From: Gemmatimonadota bacterium | GTDB lineage: Bacteria > Gemmatimonadota > Gemmatimonadetes > Palauibacterales > KS3-K002 | Length of the DNA stretch: 64,000 nt | Assembly (NCBI GenBank): GCA_039586795.1 | Contig: JBDHJS010000004.1 | Coordinates: 1-64,000, forward strand | Reading direction: 5' to 3' | Part shown: in pieces, positions 1 through 9,452 of the stretch | How positions within the stretch are numbered: position 1 is the stretch's first letter | Layout of the letters: the number at the start of each line of letters is the position of its first letter | Position numbers and translations under genes: made by a program | Notes under the pieces: generated by a model | What the model was told of the DNA's origin: nothing | The model's database searches: none | What the model saw: only the letters and a program-made list of their open reading frames with translations

Positions 1-2
1 AG

Positions 3-596
3 TTGGGGATGGACTGCTCCTCGCTTTGGAACAACCTCCAGGGAGGTATTGGAGCGAACTACTTCCTGACGGACATGTTCCAGATCGGTCTAGCCGTGGA
101 CTTCTCGCGTCCCGTATCTAACGGCGCGTATTTCCCGGCCGTCAACATGGAAGTCAGCGGCCAGCAGTCGCTGAGCTTCGTCAACCAACGCATGTCGGTT
201 GCAGACGTGATCATCCAGGGCGAGTGGATGGCTAACAGCCGGTTCGCGCCGTTCGTGAATGCGGGTGTCGGCTGGTACTTCGTATGGCCAGAAGCTTCCA
301 AGAACGACCAGGCCGCGGTGACCGGATTCGAGTCGTTCAACGACCTGATGTTCAATATCGGCGTCGGTCTCGACTGGCGCATCGGCACGTCGACGGGCTT
401 CCGGCTCATGGTCGGCGACCAGATCTTCACTGGATGGGAGCGCAACGGTCTGTACCCGATTCTGACAGACTTCACCGTATTCCCGAACTATGCGACCGAG
501 CTGTATCCGGACCTGGCTGACCAGCCACCGGCTGCTAGTGAGACGTTGCATAACTTCAGGTTACTACTCGGGTTCACCTTCATGCCCGGGATGTAA
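3..596 (+). CDS. Outer-membrane beta-barrel protein (5' partial)
   Basis: Alternating amphipathic strands (PFVNAGVGWY, FNIGVGLDWR) and C-terminal LLLGFTF strand; ORF is open at the window edge. Confidence 0.65.
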   Translation: MGMDCSSLWNNLQGGIGANYFLTDMFQIGLAVDFSRPVSNGAYFPAVNMEVSGQQSLSFVNQRMSVADVIIQGEWMANSRFAPFVNAGVGWYFVWPEASKNDQAAVTGFESFNDLMFNIGVGLDWRIGTSTGFRLMVGDQIFTGWERNGLYPILTDFTVFPNYATELYPDLADQPPAASETLHNFRLLLGFTFMPGM

Positions 597-628
597 GGAC
601 GCCGGCGGAACCAATTAGGAGGCAGAAT

Positions 629-2421
629 ATGCTTGGAAACACTAGGGTGACGAAGCGGCTCGCCGTCGCGACGATGTAGGCACCGACTCCGTCGTAACGG
701 TCGCGCCGCTGGCCATCCCGGGGTTCGGGACTGAGCCGGGTGGTTCGGCCACCGCCAACGCGCTCGAGCTGGTGGATTTCGATCCAGCGGCGCTGGACGC
801 GTTCGGTCGGTCCTCGCTGATCTTCAGCGGCCAGCGGTTCCCGAATGGGTATCCGTACTGGCGGAGCAGCGGGTATTGGTACGTCTCTTCGACCAGCAGC
901 TCGTCGACCGGCCGCATCGGGTATAGCGGGTACGACCAGCGGCTACCGGCGCTAACCTGGCCGTCGACCGCTGGCACCGAGTGCAACGGCGTGACGACGG
1001 ACTGCTTTGACTACAACGTGCAGTACTTTGCCATCGCCGATGCGTTTGGCTCCGCCGGCGCTGAGTGGTGGGATATCTACGGCTGGTTCTGCTGCCTGGC
1101 GGCCAACCAGCGTGTGGTGTTGGTGCTCGAGCGGAATCAGCTGACCGTGAACGGCGAGTTGGACGCCGCACAGGTCTTGCTCGGCCAGGCCGTTGACCAG
1201 CCCGACCAGCTTTCGTGGTTGGGTGGGAGCGAGGCCGGTGACTTTACCCGGCCGACCGATTTGTTCAACACAGGTGCTCCCTATCCGAATGTGATAAACG
1301 CGAACCCGTACATCGTGGGCTATGCCCTGGCGGATGCTACGGGCTATGTCTACCTGGACGCGGTCGTGAGCAGCAACGACGCGACAGGCGCGCAGGTCTG
1401 GATGCGGACGCCGACTCCGAATCAGGCCACTTCGCCGTTCTCTCCCAACGTTTCGGTGCGGTGGGATTTCCCGAACTACAACTACATGACTTTCTATGAG
1501 TCGAACCCCGACGGTTCGCCGGATTACTCGAGCCCGGTGGCCCGCTACCAGTGGGGGGTCGATCTGAGCGCGCTGGGCGGTCCGATCAACAACGCGTACG
1601 CGCCCTTCCCAAGGGCGGCCTTGTCCGCGAATGAGTTGGCTCTGGGTACTGGCGCCATCAGCCGTCCGGACAGCGTGACGTTCTCGCTCAACTACATCAA
1701 GGAACTGGCCGGTACGGCGGTCTACCAGGTGTGGGCGATCGACGGCACGGGCGCGTACACGTCGCTCGACTTCATGTATACGCCTCCGGGCGGCACGGCA
1801 TCGCTCGCCACGTCGTTCAAGGGCGGAGTTGGAACGCATACCATCATGCTCGAGTATCCGGACGATGCGACGCACATCGTTTACAGCATCGAGGGTGCGC
1901 CAACGCCAGGTCCATCGCCCAGCACCGCCCAGATGCTCTGGGCGTCGGGTCTGCAGCCGGCGGGCGATTCGAAGAGCACCAGCCTGGACGTGATGTTCGG
2001 TACGTTCCAGGAGTCTCGCACCTGGGCGATCTCGGGTCTCGGTGGCGGTGGTCTACTGGGCACGCAGGTACGCTATCTGTACGATCAGCTGCCGCGGCCG
2101 CCGGTAGGCTACAAGTTCGTCGGCTGGCTGGCGTCGGGTGACACGCTGTTCACTCGTCTGGCGGATGCGACGTACACGACGCCGCCGCAGGATGGATATC
2201 AAGAGTTGACGAACGCAGACGTCGACCAGTCGATCTCGAGTCTGGTGCAGGAGACCATGATCCTCGAATCGATGACCCGTATCTGCTTGACGTCCGGCGA
2301 TACGAACTGCGTCGACATCAACGATTACGACACGTTTTTCCTGGCGCTGGAGCCGAAGGCAGGCATGATGACGGATCCGGCTGCTACGCGTGTGATGCAG
2401 GGCGTAACACCTGCGAGGTAG
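629..2421 (+). CDS. Large secreted/lipoprotein-like protein with two C-terminal RskA_C-like repeats; frame broken near the 5' end
   Basis: AGGAGG RBS then ATG 629 (MLGNTRVTKRLAVATM*) in a different frame from the long ORF (open 646-2421); repeated motifs 'VYQVWA..IVYSIE' and 'YKFVGWL..FFLALEP'. Confidence 0.55.
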
Positions 2422-2457
2422 CAGCGGCGCTGCTTCCGTAGTCGTTTGGACCTTTTC

Positions 2458-2496
2458 CCCCGCCCGGCCGATTTCGGTCGGGCGGGGTGCTTTTTT
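2458..2496 (+). terminator. Rho-independent terminator
   Basis: ccccgcccggccg-attt-cggtcgggcgggg hairpin followed by T6. Confidence 0.85.
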
Positions 2497-2591
2497 GCCC
2501 CTGTTTCCTCCACCTTGCCGGGCCGGCTCTGAGTCCTGAACTTCCAGAGGTTCGGGGCCCGAAGTGAGGAACCTTCACGGACGCGTGGGCG

Positions 2592-3812
2592 ATGGCGGAT
2601 TTCCGTCCTGTAGATGAGCAGATGAAGCTGATCGGGGAGATGGCAGTGGAGATGATCCCCGAGGACGAGCTGGTGCGCAAGCTGGAGCGTTCCCGGTCGA
2701 GCGGCGTCGGCCTGGTGATCAAGGAAGGGTTTGACCCCACGCGGCCCGATCTTCACCTGGGGCACGCCGTGAGCATCCGGCAGCTGAAGGTCTTCCAGGA
2801 TCTGGGCCACCAGGTCGTCTTCGTGATGGGGGACTTCACGGGGTTGGTAGGTGACCCGAGCGGGCAGGACGAGACCAGGCCCCAGCTCAGCGAGGCGGAG
2901 ATCCGCGAGAACATGAAGACCTATCAGGACCAGGTCTTCAAGATCCTCGATCCTGACAAGACGAAGGTCGAGCGCAACAGCAGCTGGCTCTCGAAGCTCA
3001 ACCTGACCGAAGTGCTGGAGCTGACGTCGCGTTATACGGTGGCGCGGATACTGGAGCGCGACGATTTTGCAGCGCGTTACAGGGACGGGCGCCCCATCAC
3101 GCTAGTGGAGTTTCTCTACCCCCTCATGCAGGGGTACGATTCCGTCGCCTTGAATGCGGACGTGGAGTTGGGCGGGACGGACCAGAAGTTCAACCTGCTG
3201 GTGGGACGGACTCTGCAGGAGCGCTACGGGCAGGAGCCGCAGGTCTGTCTCACGCTGCCGTTGATGAGGGGAACCGATGGTGTGCGGAAGATGTCGAAAT
3301 CGTACGACAACTACGTTGGCATCACCGAACCCCCCGAGGAGATGTACGGAAAGACGATGTCGATACCGGACGAGCTGCTGGACGAATGGTATCGGTTGGC
3401 GTCGTCGCTGCGTGGGGCTGAGCTCGAGCGTGCGTTGGCGACGATAGCCGACGACCCGATGGGAGCCAAGCGAGCGTTGGCCCGGAACATCGTGAGCAGC
3501 TATTACGGTGGGGATGCTCCGGATGCCGCCGAGGCGCATTTCGATCGCGTGGTTCGTCGGCGCGAGCAGCCAGAAGAGATCCCGGAGGTTACGATCGCAG
3601 CCGACGAAAGCGAGATGTGGCTGCCAAAGGTGATGGTACAGGCGGGCCTGACTGGCTCGAGCAGTGAGGCCGTGCGATTGATCCGACAGGGTGCCGTGCT
3701 CGTGGATGGGGCGCGGGTTGATGACAAGGATCATCGTGTGTCCACGGCTGAACCCGTGTTGATTCAGCGCGGCAAGCGCCGCTTCGCTCGGGTCAGCTTT
3801 GACAGGGATTAG
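2592..3812 (+). CDS. tyrS: Tyrosine--tRNA ligase
   Basis: GFDPT..LHLGH (HIGH-like), QGYD, GGTDQ, KMSKS, C-terminal S4 domain. Confidence 0.97.
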   Translation: MADFRPVDEQMKLIGEMAVEMIPEDELVRKLERSRSSGVGLVIKEGFDPTRPDLHLGHAVSIRQLKVFQDLGHQVVFVMGDFTGLVGDPSGQDETRPQLSEAEIRENMKTYQDQVFKILDPDKTKVERNSSWLSKLNLTEVLELTSRYTVARILERDDFAARYRDGRPITLVEFLYPLMQGYDSVALNADVELGGTDQKFNLLVGRTLQERYGQEPQVCLTLPLMRGTDGVRKMSKSYDNYVGITEPPEEMYGKTMSIPDELLDEWYRLASSLRGAELERALATIADDPMGAKRALARNIVSSYYGGDAPDAAEAHFDRVVRRREQPEEIPEVTIAADESEMWLPKVMVQAGLTGSSSEAVRLIRQGAVLVDGARVDDKDHRVSTAEPVLIQRGKRRFARVSFDRD

Positions 3813-3875
3813 CTGAAGTACGGAGGCCTTTTCTACATTGAAGTACAGAAGTTCCTCTAAAAAGGAGACAATCCT

Positions 3876-4229
3876 GTGCGGGCAGACGTAACGAGAGTGG
3901 AGAAGCCCTGGGGATACGAGTTGATCTGGGCCAACACCGATCTATATGTGGGGAAGGTTCTCCATATCAATGCCGGTGAGTCGTTGTCGCTGCAGTACCA
4001 CGAGCGGAAGGACGAGACGATCCACGTTCTAAGCGGCATGATGAGGTTCCAGGTCGGCGCCAGTGAAGAAGCGTTGGAGGATGTCGATCTGAAGGAAGGG
4101 GAGAGCTTCCACGTTACGCCGGGCACACGGCATCGAATGATCGCGGTCACAGACTGCGACCTTCTGGAGGCATCGACGCCGGACCTAGACGACGTGGTCA
4201 GGTTAGAGGATAGATACGGGAGGGCCTGA
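3876..4229 (+). CDS. Cupin domain protein (mannose-6-phosphate isomerase-like)
   Basis: KPWGYE, SLSLQYH..KDET, DDVVRLEDRYGR. Confidence 0.85.
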   Translation: MRADVTRVEKPWGYELIWANTDLYVGKVLHINAGESLSLQYHERKDETIHVLSGMMRFQVGASEEALEDVDLKEGESFHVTPGTRHRMIAVTDCDLLEASTPDLDDVVRLEDRYGRA

Positions 4230-4233
4230 GCGG

Positions 4234-4782
4234 TTGGACGATCGAGATCGACAGGACGAGCCGCAGGTCAGTACGGTCTTTCTGGGCCTGGGTTCCAATG
4301 AGGGCGACCGGGTCAGGCTGATCGAGCGCGCGTTGGAGGCCCTCAAACGAATGGTCGTGGTGGAGCGCATCTCGTCCATCTACGAGACGCAGCCGGTGGG
4401 CTACCGAGACCAGCCGTGGTTCCTCAACCTCGTCTGTATGGGTCATACGCGTCTGCAGCCGTACGATCTGCTGGAATTCCTGTTGGAGATCGAGACTTCG
4501 TTGGGGCGGGTGCGAAGCGAGAACCGGTTCGGGCCCCGGACCGTGGACATCGACATCCTCGCCTATGAGGACCGGGTCATCGACCGCGAAGACCTTATCG
4601 TCCCGCACCCTCACATGACCGACCGACGCTTCGTTCTGCAGCCGCTGGCCGAGATCGCTCCGGAGTGGCGGCATCCGGTCGAGAACAAGACCGCGAAAGA
4701 GCTACTGGACGCGTTGAACGGCGAAGTCGTGCGACCCTTCGCGGATCCGCCGCCGGCGTCGGGTCCGGCGCCGTTGCTCTAG
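4234..4782 (+). CDS. folK: 6-hydroxymethyl-7,8-dihydropterin pyrophosphokinase
   Basis: LGLGSN, FLN, RFGPRTVDIDIL, PHP, FVLQPL. Confidence 0.95.
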   Translation: MDDRDRQDEPQVSTVFLGLGSNEGDRVRLIERALEALKRMVVVERISSIYETQPVGYRDQPWFLNLVCMGHTRLQPYDLLEFLLEIETSLGRVRSENRFGPRTVDIDILAYEDRVIDREDLIVPHPHMTDRRFVLQPLAEIAPEWRHPVENKTAKELLDALNGEVVRPFADPPPASGPAPLL

Positions 4783-4788
4783 CGCACC

Positions 4789-5169
4789 GTGACCTACCGT
4801 TGCTCGGTCCGAGCGTCCTACGACGCGGCTCTTTATATCCCCGGCGACAAAGGTCCGTCAGGGCGGACCCACGGGCACGGCTACACCGTAGAGGCGGTAT
4901 TGGAATCGGATTCTCTGGATCCCGCGGGCTTCGTCGTCGACTTCGAAAGGATCCAACCCCATCTGGCTGGGCTCGCCGAGCAGCTCGACCACCGCCTGTT
5001 GAATGAATTGGAGATGTTTCAGGGAGCGACGCCTAGCGCGGAGCGGCAGGCGGAATTCTTCTACCAACGTCTCGGCGCCATCGTCGAGCGAGAATTCGGC
5101 TCGTCGGTGCGAGTAGCCAAGGTGAAAGTCATCCAGCTGCCCGATGCCTGGGCCGAATACGAGCCATGA
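4789..5169 (+). CDS. Atypical PTPS/QueD-family protein
   Basis: HGHGY, VVDF, LDHRLLN, PSAE motifs; first His and active-site Cys not seen. Confidence 0.8.
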   Translation: MTYRCSVRASYDAALYIPGDKGPSGRTHGHGYTVEAVLESDSLDPAGFVVDFERIQPHLAGLAEQLDHRLLNELEMFQGATPSAERQAEFFYQRLGAIVEREFGSSVRVAKVKVIQLPDAWAEYEP

Positions 5170-6455
5170 TGAAAGCTACAGGTTCTCCCGTGCTGCTGAT
5201 CGCGGCGATCATCCCGCTTGCGAGCCTGGCGTGCAGCCGTACCTCAGAGGGGCAAGAAGCCGGCTGGCCGGACACCGAGTTGGACGAGAGGGTGGCTGAG
5301 ATCATTCCGCAGCTCGAGCAGTTCTCGTACCTGTCGACTCGGCGTACTCCCGTGGTACGGCGCTCGAGCGCGGAGACGCTTGAAGCCTATCTGCTCGATC
5401 GGATGCAGCAGGAGTACCCGGGCGACACGCTCGAGAACCTGGCGTTGGCCTACAAGGCGTTCGGCTTGCTCCCGGAAGACACCGACCTGCGGCAGCTGCT
5501 CGTCGATCTTCTCCTGGAGCAAGCGATCGGGTTTTACGATCCGGCTCAGGATGTCCTGTTCATTCGCGAGAAGGCGCCCGAAGAGTTGCTCGACGCCGTT
5601 GTCGCCCACGAGATCGTCCATGCTATCCAGGACCAGCATGCGAACCTCGACTCACTGATCTTCAGCACTCGGGTGAACGATGCCCGGATGGCGATCCAGT
5701 CGGCCATGGAAGGGCACGCGATGGTGGCGATGATGTCCTACCAGGCTTTTGAGATGGTGGGCCAGAGCATATCGCCCGAGGACTTGCCGGAGCTGTCCCC
5801 CGATATGGGACCGTTGCTGGCACAATCGCCGGAGTTCCCTCAGCTAGCGTCGGCGCCGGCGATCGTTCGCGAGCCGCTGCTCTTCGCCTATCTGGGCGGC
5901 GGCCGTTACGTGCAGCGCCTCTGGAAGAGCCAGGACGGGCACCCGCCGCCTTTTGGGGACTGGATGCCGGAGTCGACGGAGCAGCTACTGCATACCGAGC
6001 GGTTGCTGGTGGAGCGCGATCGGCCGACACCAATCGAGCTTACCGAGCCCGGCGGTGGCTGGAATACCGCTTACGCCAACGACCTGGGCGAGTTGGAGAT
6101 GCTCATCTATTTCCAGGAGCATCTCGGTGATCCCGCCACCGCCGAGACGGCTGCCGCCGGCTGGGACGGGGACGCGTATGCGCTGATCACCAACGGCAAT
6201 GACTACGCGTTGGTCTGGTACACGGTGTGGGATTCGGAAGCCGACGCCGAAGAGTTCGTCGATGCCTACCTCAGAGCCTTCGAGTCACGCTTCGCCGGCG
6301 TCGAGATGGGCTCACCGGTAACGGCCGATGATCGTCAGGCGGAAATCGAACGGTTGTCGATCTCGGGGATGCCAGCCGTGCGCATTATCGAGTCGCCGCC
6401 CGGCGTTACGCTCGTCGACCCTCCAAGTGCGCGTCCTCGTGGGAGTTCCGAGTAG
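5166..6455 (+). CDS. Lipoprotein with zincin-like HEXXH motif
   Basis: Lipobox LAC, GFYDP, AHEIVHAIQDQH, downstream EGHA. Confidence 0.7.
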   Translation: MMKATGSPVLLIAAIIPLASLACSRTSEGQEAGWPDTELDERVAEIIPQLEQFSYLSTRRTPVVRRSSAETLEAYLLDRMQQEYPGDTLENLALAYKAFGLLPEDTDLRQLLVDLLLEQAIGFYDPAQDVLFIREKAPEELLDAVVAHEIVHAIQDQHANLDSLIFSTRVNDARMAIQSAMEGHAMVAMMSYQAFEMVGQSISPEDLPELSPDMGPLLAQSPEFPQLASAPAIVREPLLFAYLGGGRYVQRLWKSQDGHPPPFGDWMPESTEQLLHTERLLVERDRPTPIELTEPGGGWNTAYANDLGELEMLIYFQEHLGDPATAETAAAGWDGDAYALITNGNDYALVWYTVWDSEADAEEFVDAYLRAFESRFAGVEMGSPVTADDRQAEIERLSISGMPAVRIIESPPGVTLVDPPSARPRGSSE

Positions 6456-6638
6456 AAAAGGCGCATAATCTCCAGAAAACAGTTGCAGCAGGGCATAACG
6501 GGGCTAAAACGGCTCTGTAGCACCATCTACAGCGTCATGTGCCACTATGCCCCATTATCACGGAGAAAGGCGCTGAAAAGCCGATTTTCGGGGAAATCCG
6601 CGGAAACGTTGTCTGGGTTACCTACGGTACTTGGGAGG

Positions 6639-7730
6639 CTATTGCCTCCCGTTCCCGTATAACATAGAGGCCACGACCAGCTCCTTGGGGAGCGGATAGC
6701 GGTACTTCTTGCCGGCGTAGTTCCGCAGGACCACCTCGTCGTCGCTGATCTCCTCGACGTAGTTGGGGAGTAGCGGGATCTTGCCGCCTCCGCCCGGGGC
6801 GTCGATGCAGAAGTGAGGCACGGCGAGGCCGGAAGTCCAGCCGCGGAGGGCGCGGATGATCTCGTAGCCCTTCTCGACGGCGGTGCGGAAGTGCTCGCCG
6901 CCGGCGACCGGGTCGGCCATGTACAGGTAGTAAGGCCGGACGCGGTTCTTGACCAGCTTCTGCATGAGCTCCTTCATGACGTCGGGATCATCGTTGACGC
7001 CCTTGAGCAGCACGGTCTGCGCGCCGAGCGGGCAGCCGGCGTTAGCGAGACGGGCCAGCGCCTTCTCTGTAGGCGGCGTCATCTCGGCCGGGTGGTTGAA
7101 GTGGATGTTGACGAAGATCGGATGGTAACGCGAGACCATCTTGCAGAGGTCCGCGGTGACGCGCTCCGGCAAGTGCAGCGGGATCCGGGTATGAATGCGG
7201 ATGATCTCGATGTGCGGGATCTCGCGCAGCCGCTTGAGGAAATACTCGAGCCGCCGATCCGACAACATGAAGGGGTCGCCGCCCGAGAGGATCACGTCCC
7301 GCACCTCGGTGTGTTTTTCCAGGTACTCGAACGCCGAGTCGAACTGATTGAGCGGGATCTTCTCCGGGTCGCCTACCTTGCGCCGGCGTGTGCAGAAGCG
7401 GCAGTAGGAGGCGCAGACCGGGCTGATCAGGAAGAGGACACGATCGGGATAGCGATGCGTGATGTTTGGTACGGGAGAGTCATCGTCTTCGCTGAGCGAG
7501 TCGACGATACCATCCAGCACCTCGTTCTCTTCCGCTGACGGTACGTACTGCTGCCAGAACGCATCGCCCATCTCCTCGATCTGCTTGAGGACGGCCGGCG
7601 TAATACGGAGATTGAATTGATCCATCGCCATCTGGACCTGCTGGCGATCGATGTTTTCTTCCCCGAACATTTCGATGAGCTGGTCAACGGACGTCACACT
7701 CTTTTTGAGTATCTGTTGCCAGTTCGCCAT
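6639..7730 (-). CDS. kamA: KamA-family radical SAM enzyme (lysine 2,3-aminomutase-like)
   Basis: HRYPDR, CASYCRFCTR, SGGDP, QTVLLKGVND, DAPGGGGK (PLP lysine). Confidence 0.92.
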   Translation of the reverse strand: MANWQQILKKSVTSVDQLIEMFGEENIDRQQVQMAMDQFNLRITPAVLKQIEEMGDAFWQQYVPSAEENEVLDGIVDSLSEDDDSPVPNITHRYPDRVLFLISPVCASYCRFCTRRRKVGDPEKIPLNQFDSAFEYLEKHTEVRDVILSGGDPFMLSDRRLEYFLKRLREIPHIEIIRIHTRIPLHLPERVTADLCKMVSRYHPIFVNIHFNHPAEMTPPTEKALARLANAGCPLGAQTVLLKGVNDDPDVMKELMQKLVKNRVRPYYLYMADPVAGGEHFRTAVEKGYEIIRALRGWTSGLAVPHFCIDAPGGGGKIPLLPNYVEEISDDEVVLRNYAGKKYRYPLPKELVVASMLYGNGRQ

Positions 7731-7842
7731 AGTCGTGTACCTCGGTCGAATAATGAGTTGAAGATGTGGAGGATTGTCCCCCGCCCCTCACCAAGTCCCT
7801 TCTACTGCACCTCTCCTACTCATTCCTCTTGCGAAGGAACGG

Positions 7843-8337
7843 CTACTCGAACCGTTTCGCATACGTGACGCGGTCGTCGCCGTCGTCGTAGAAGCCGACC
7901 ACGCGGGCGGCTTCATCGTAGCCACAAGCAAGATAGAAATGCCGCGTCGACGAGTAGTCGTCGCGCGACGATGTCTCGATCACACACATCCGGGCACCGG
8001 ATTCCTGCATGTGCCGCTCCGCCCGCTCCAGCAGGCCGCGACCGATTCCGGCTCCGTGATGGTTGGGTCGGACGACGATCCAGTACAGGTCCCAAGTATC
8101 GACCGTGCACGGGGTCGGTCCGTAGAACGCGAAGCCGGCGAGCTCGTCATTTGCGTACGCGCCGACGGCCCAATAGTCCACGCCAGGCGCTTCGCAGTAG
8201 GCGTCAAAGACCTCGAGAGCGACATCCACCTCGTCGGGTCGAAAGACGCCGGTCGCTGCCACGATGTCAGCCACCTGGCTCCGGTGACGGATGTCTGGCG
8301 GATGCCAGCCGATGTTCGAGTCGGTGGCCGTCTTCAT
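7843..8337 (-). CDS. GNAT-family N-acetyltransferase
   Basis: DLYWIVV..HHGAGIGRGLL acetyl-CoA motif A, FY..GY. Confidence 0.9.
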   Translation of the reverse strand: MKTATDSNIGWHPPDIRHRSQVADIVAATGVFRPDEVDVALEVFDAYCEAPGVDYWAVGAYANDELAGFAFYGPTPCTVDTWDLYWIVVRPNHHGAGIGRGLLERAERHMQESGARMCVIETSSRDDYSSTRHFYLACGYDEAARVVGFYDDGDDRVTYAKRFE

Positions 8338-9452
8338 ACGGGTTCTCCAGTCGGGGCCGCTACGGGAGCGAAGACCCAGGGACGCTCGATGCGACCTGTT
8401 TGGTCTCCGGCCTTTGCGGCCTCGACGATTCGCTCAACCAACTCCACGTACGACCAGCCGGCGACGGAGGCCTGGCGCACCAGACCGGCGTCGATCGACA
8501 GGTCGGGATTGGGGTTGATATCGATTACATAGGGCGATCCGTCATCGGATAGTCTGATGTCGACACGGGCGTAGCCGCATCCGTCCAACAACGCCCAGGC
8601 GCGTGCCGCGAGCAGCTGAAGCTCGCGTGCCATGTTCGGGTCGAGCGAGGCCGGACAAACGGGTCGCGTGCCTGCGTCTTCTAGGCTTCCGGAGATCCAC
8701 TTCGCCTCGAACGACACGATCGGCGGCGAGTCGTCGGGCAGAGTGCTGAAATCGATCTCGGCGGGTGGCAGCAGACTGTCACCGACGATCGCCAGGTTGA
8801 TCTCGCGACCGTCGATGAACTCCTGGATGATCGCCGCGTTCCAGTGCTTGAGGACCCGGGCCACGGCATCGGAGAGCTCGCCGCTGGAGCGGACGACGGA
8901 GTTCGGGTGTACGCCGTTGGAAGCGTCATCCGACGCCGGCTTTACGATTGCGGGGAAGCGATCCCAGCGGGGCTCCGGTCCGCCGGCGCGGGCAACAGCC
9001 CACTGCGGAACGGGGATGCCATTCGCAGCCAGAATGGCCGAGCAGCGATCCTTGTTCAGGCAGTAGAGAAGTGTCTTGGCGCTGGCGCCGGTCTTCGGCA
9101 GCTCGAGTAGCTCGACTGCCGCGGCCGCCAGGTGCTCGCCCTCGGCGTGGCCGGCAACGGTCTCACAGAGGTTAACGGCGAAATCGAAGTCTTCGGTTGC
9201 GAGCTGGCGCACCCAACTGTGGATGTGGTTCTCACGGAGCACCAATTCGACGGTCTCATATCCCAGTTCTTGCAGCGCGGTGATGATCCTTTCCGTCGAC
9301 TGAGCTGGCGCCGCCATGTTGAACTGCTCGGCGTACATCTCGGCGATTTCGTCGACGAGCACAGCAACGCGCCCTCCGGTTTGCGAACGGATCGCTCCGG
9401 TGGAACTGCTGCTGGCGGTCGGGTTCTCGTCAGTCGGGAACTCTAAGGTCAT
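8334..9452 (-). CDS. D-Ala-D-Ala-ligase-like ATP-grasp enzyme (paralogue 2)
   Basis: NLCE, IVKP..DASNG, QEFIDGRE, YARVDIR, IDINPNP. Confidence 0.88.
   Translation of the reverse strand: MTLEFPTDENPTASSSSTGAIRSQTGGRVAVLVDEIAEMYAEQFNMAAPAQSTERIITALQELGYETVELVLRENHIHSWVRQLATEDFDFAVNLCETVAGHAEGEHLAAAAVELLELPKTGASAKTLLYCLNKDRCSAILAANGIPVPQWAVARAGGPEPRWDRFPAIVKPASDDASNGVHPNSVVRSSGELSDAVARVLKHWNAAIIQEFIDGREINLAIVGDSLLPPAEIDFSTLPDDSPPIVSFEAKWISGSLEDAGTRPVCPASLDPNMARELQLLAARAWALLDGCGYARVDIRLSDDGSPYVIDINPNPDLSIDAGLVRQASVAGWSYVELVERIVEAAKAGDQTGRIERPWVFAPVAAPTGEPV

Noticed and set aside
6639..7730. EpmB (EF-P beta-lysylation) assignment
   Set aside because: No efp or epmA adjacent; C-terminal DAPGGGGK region and context fit KamA/AblA-like enzymes better
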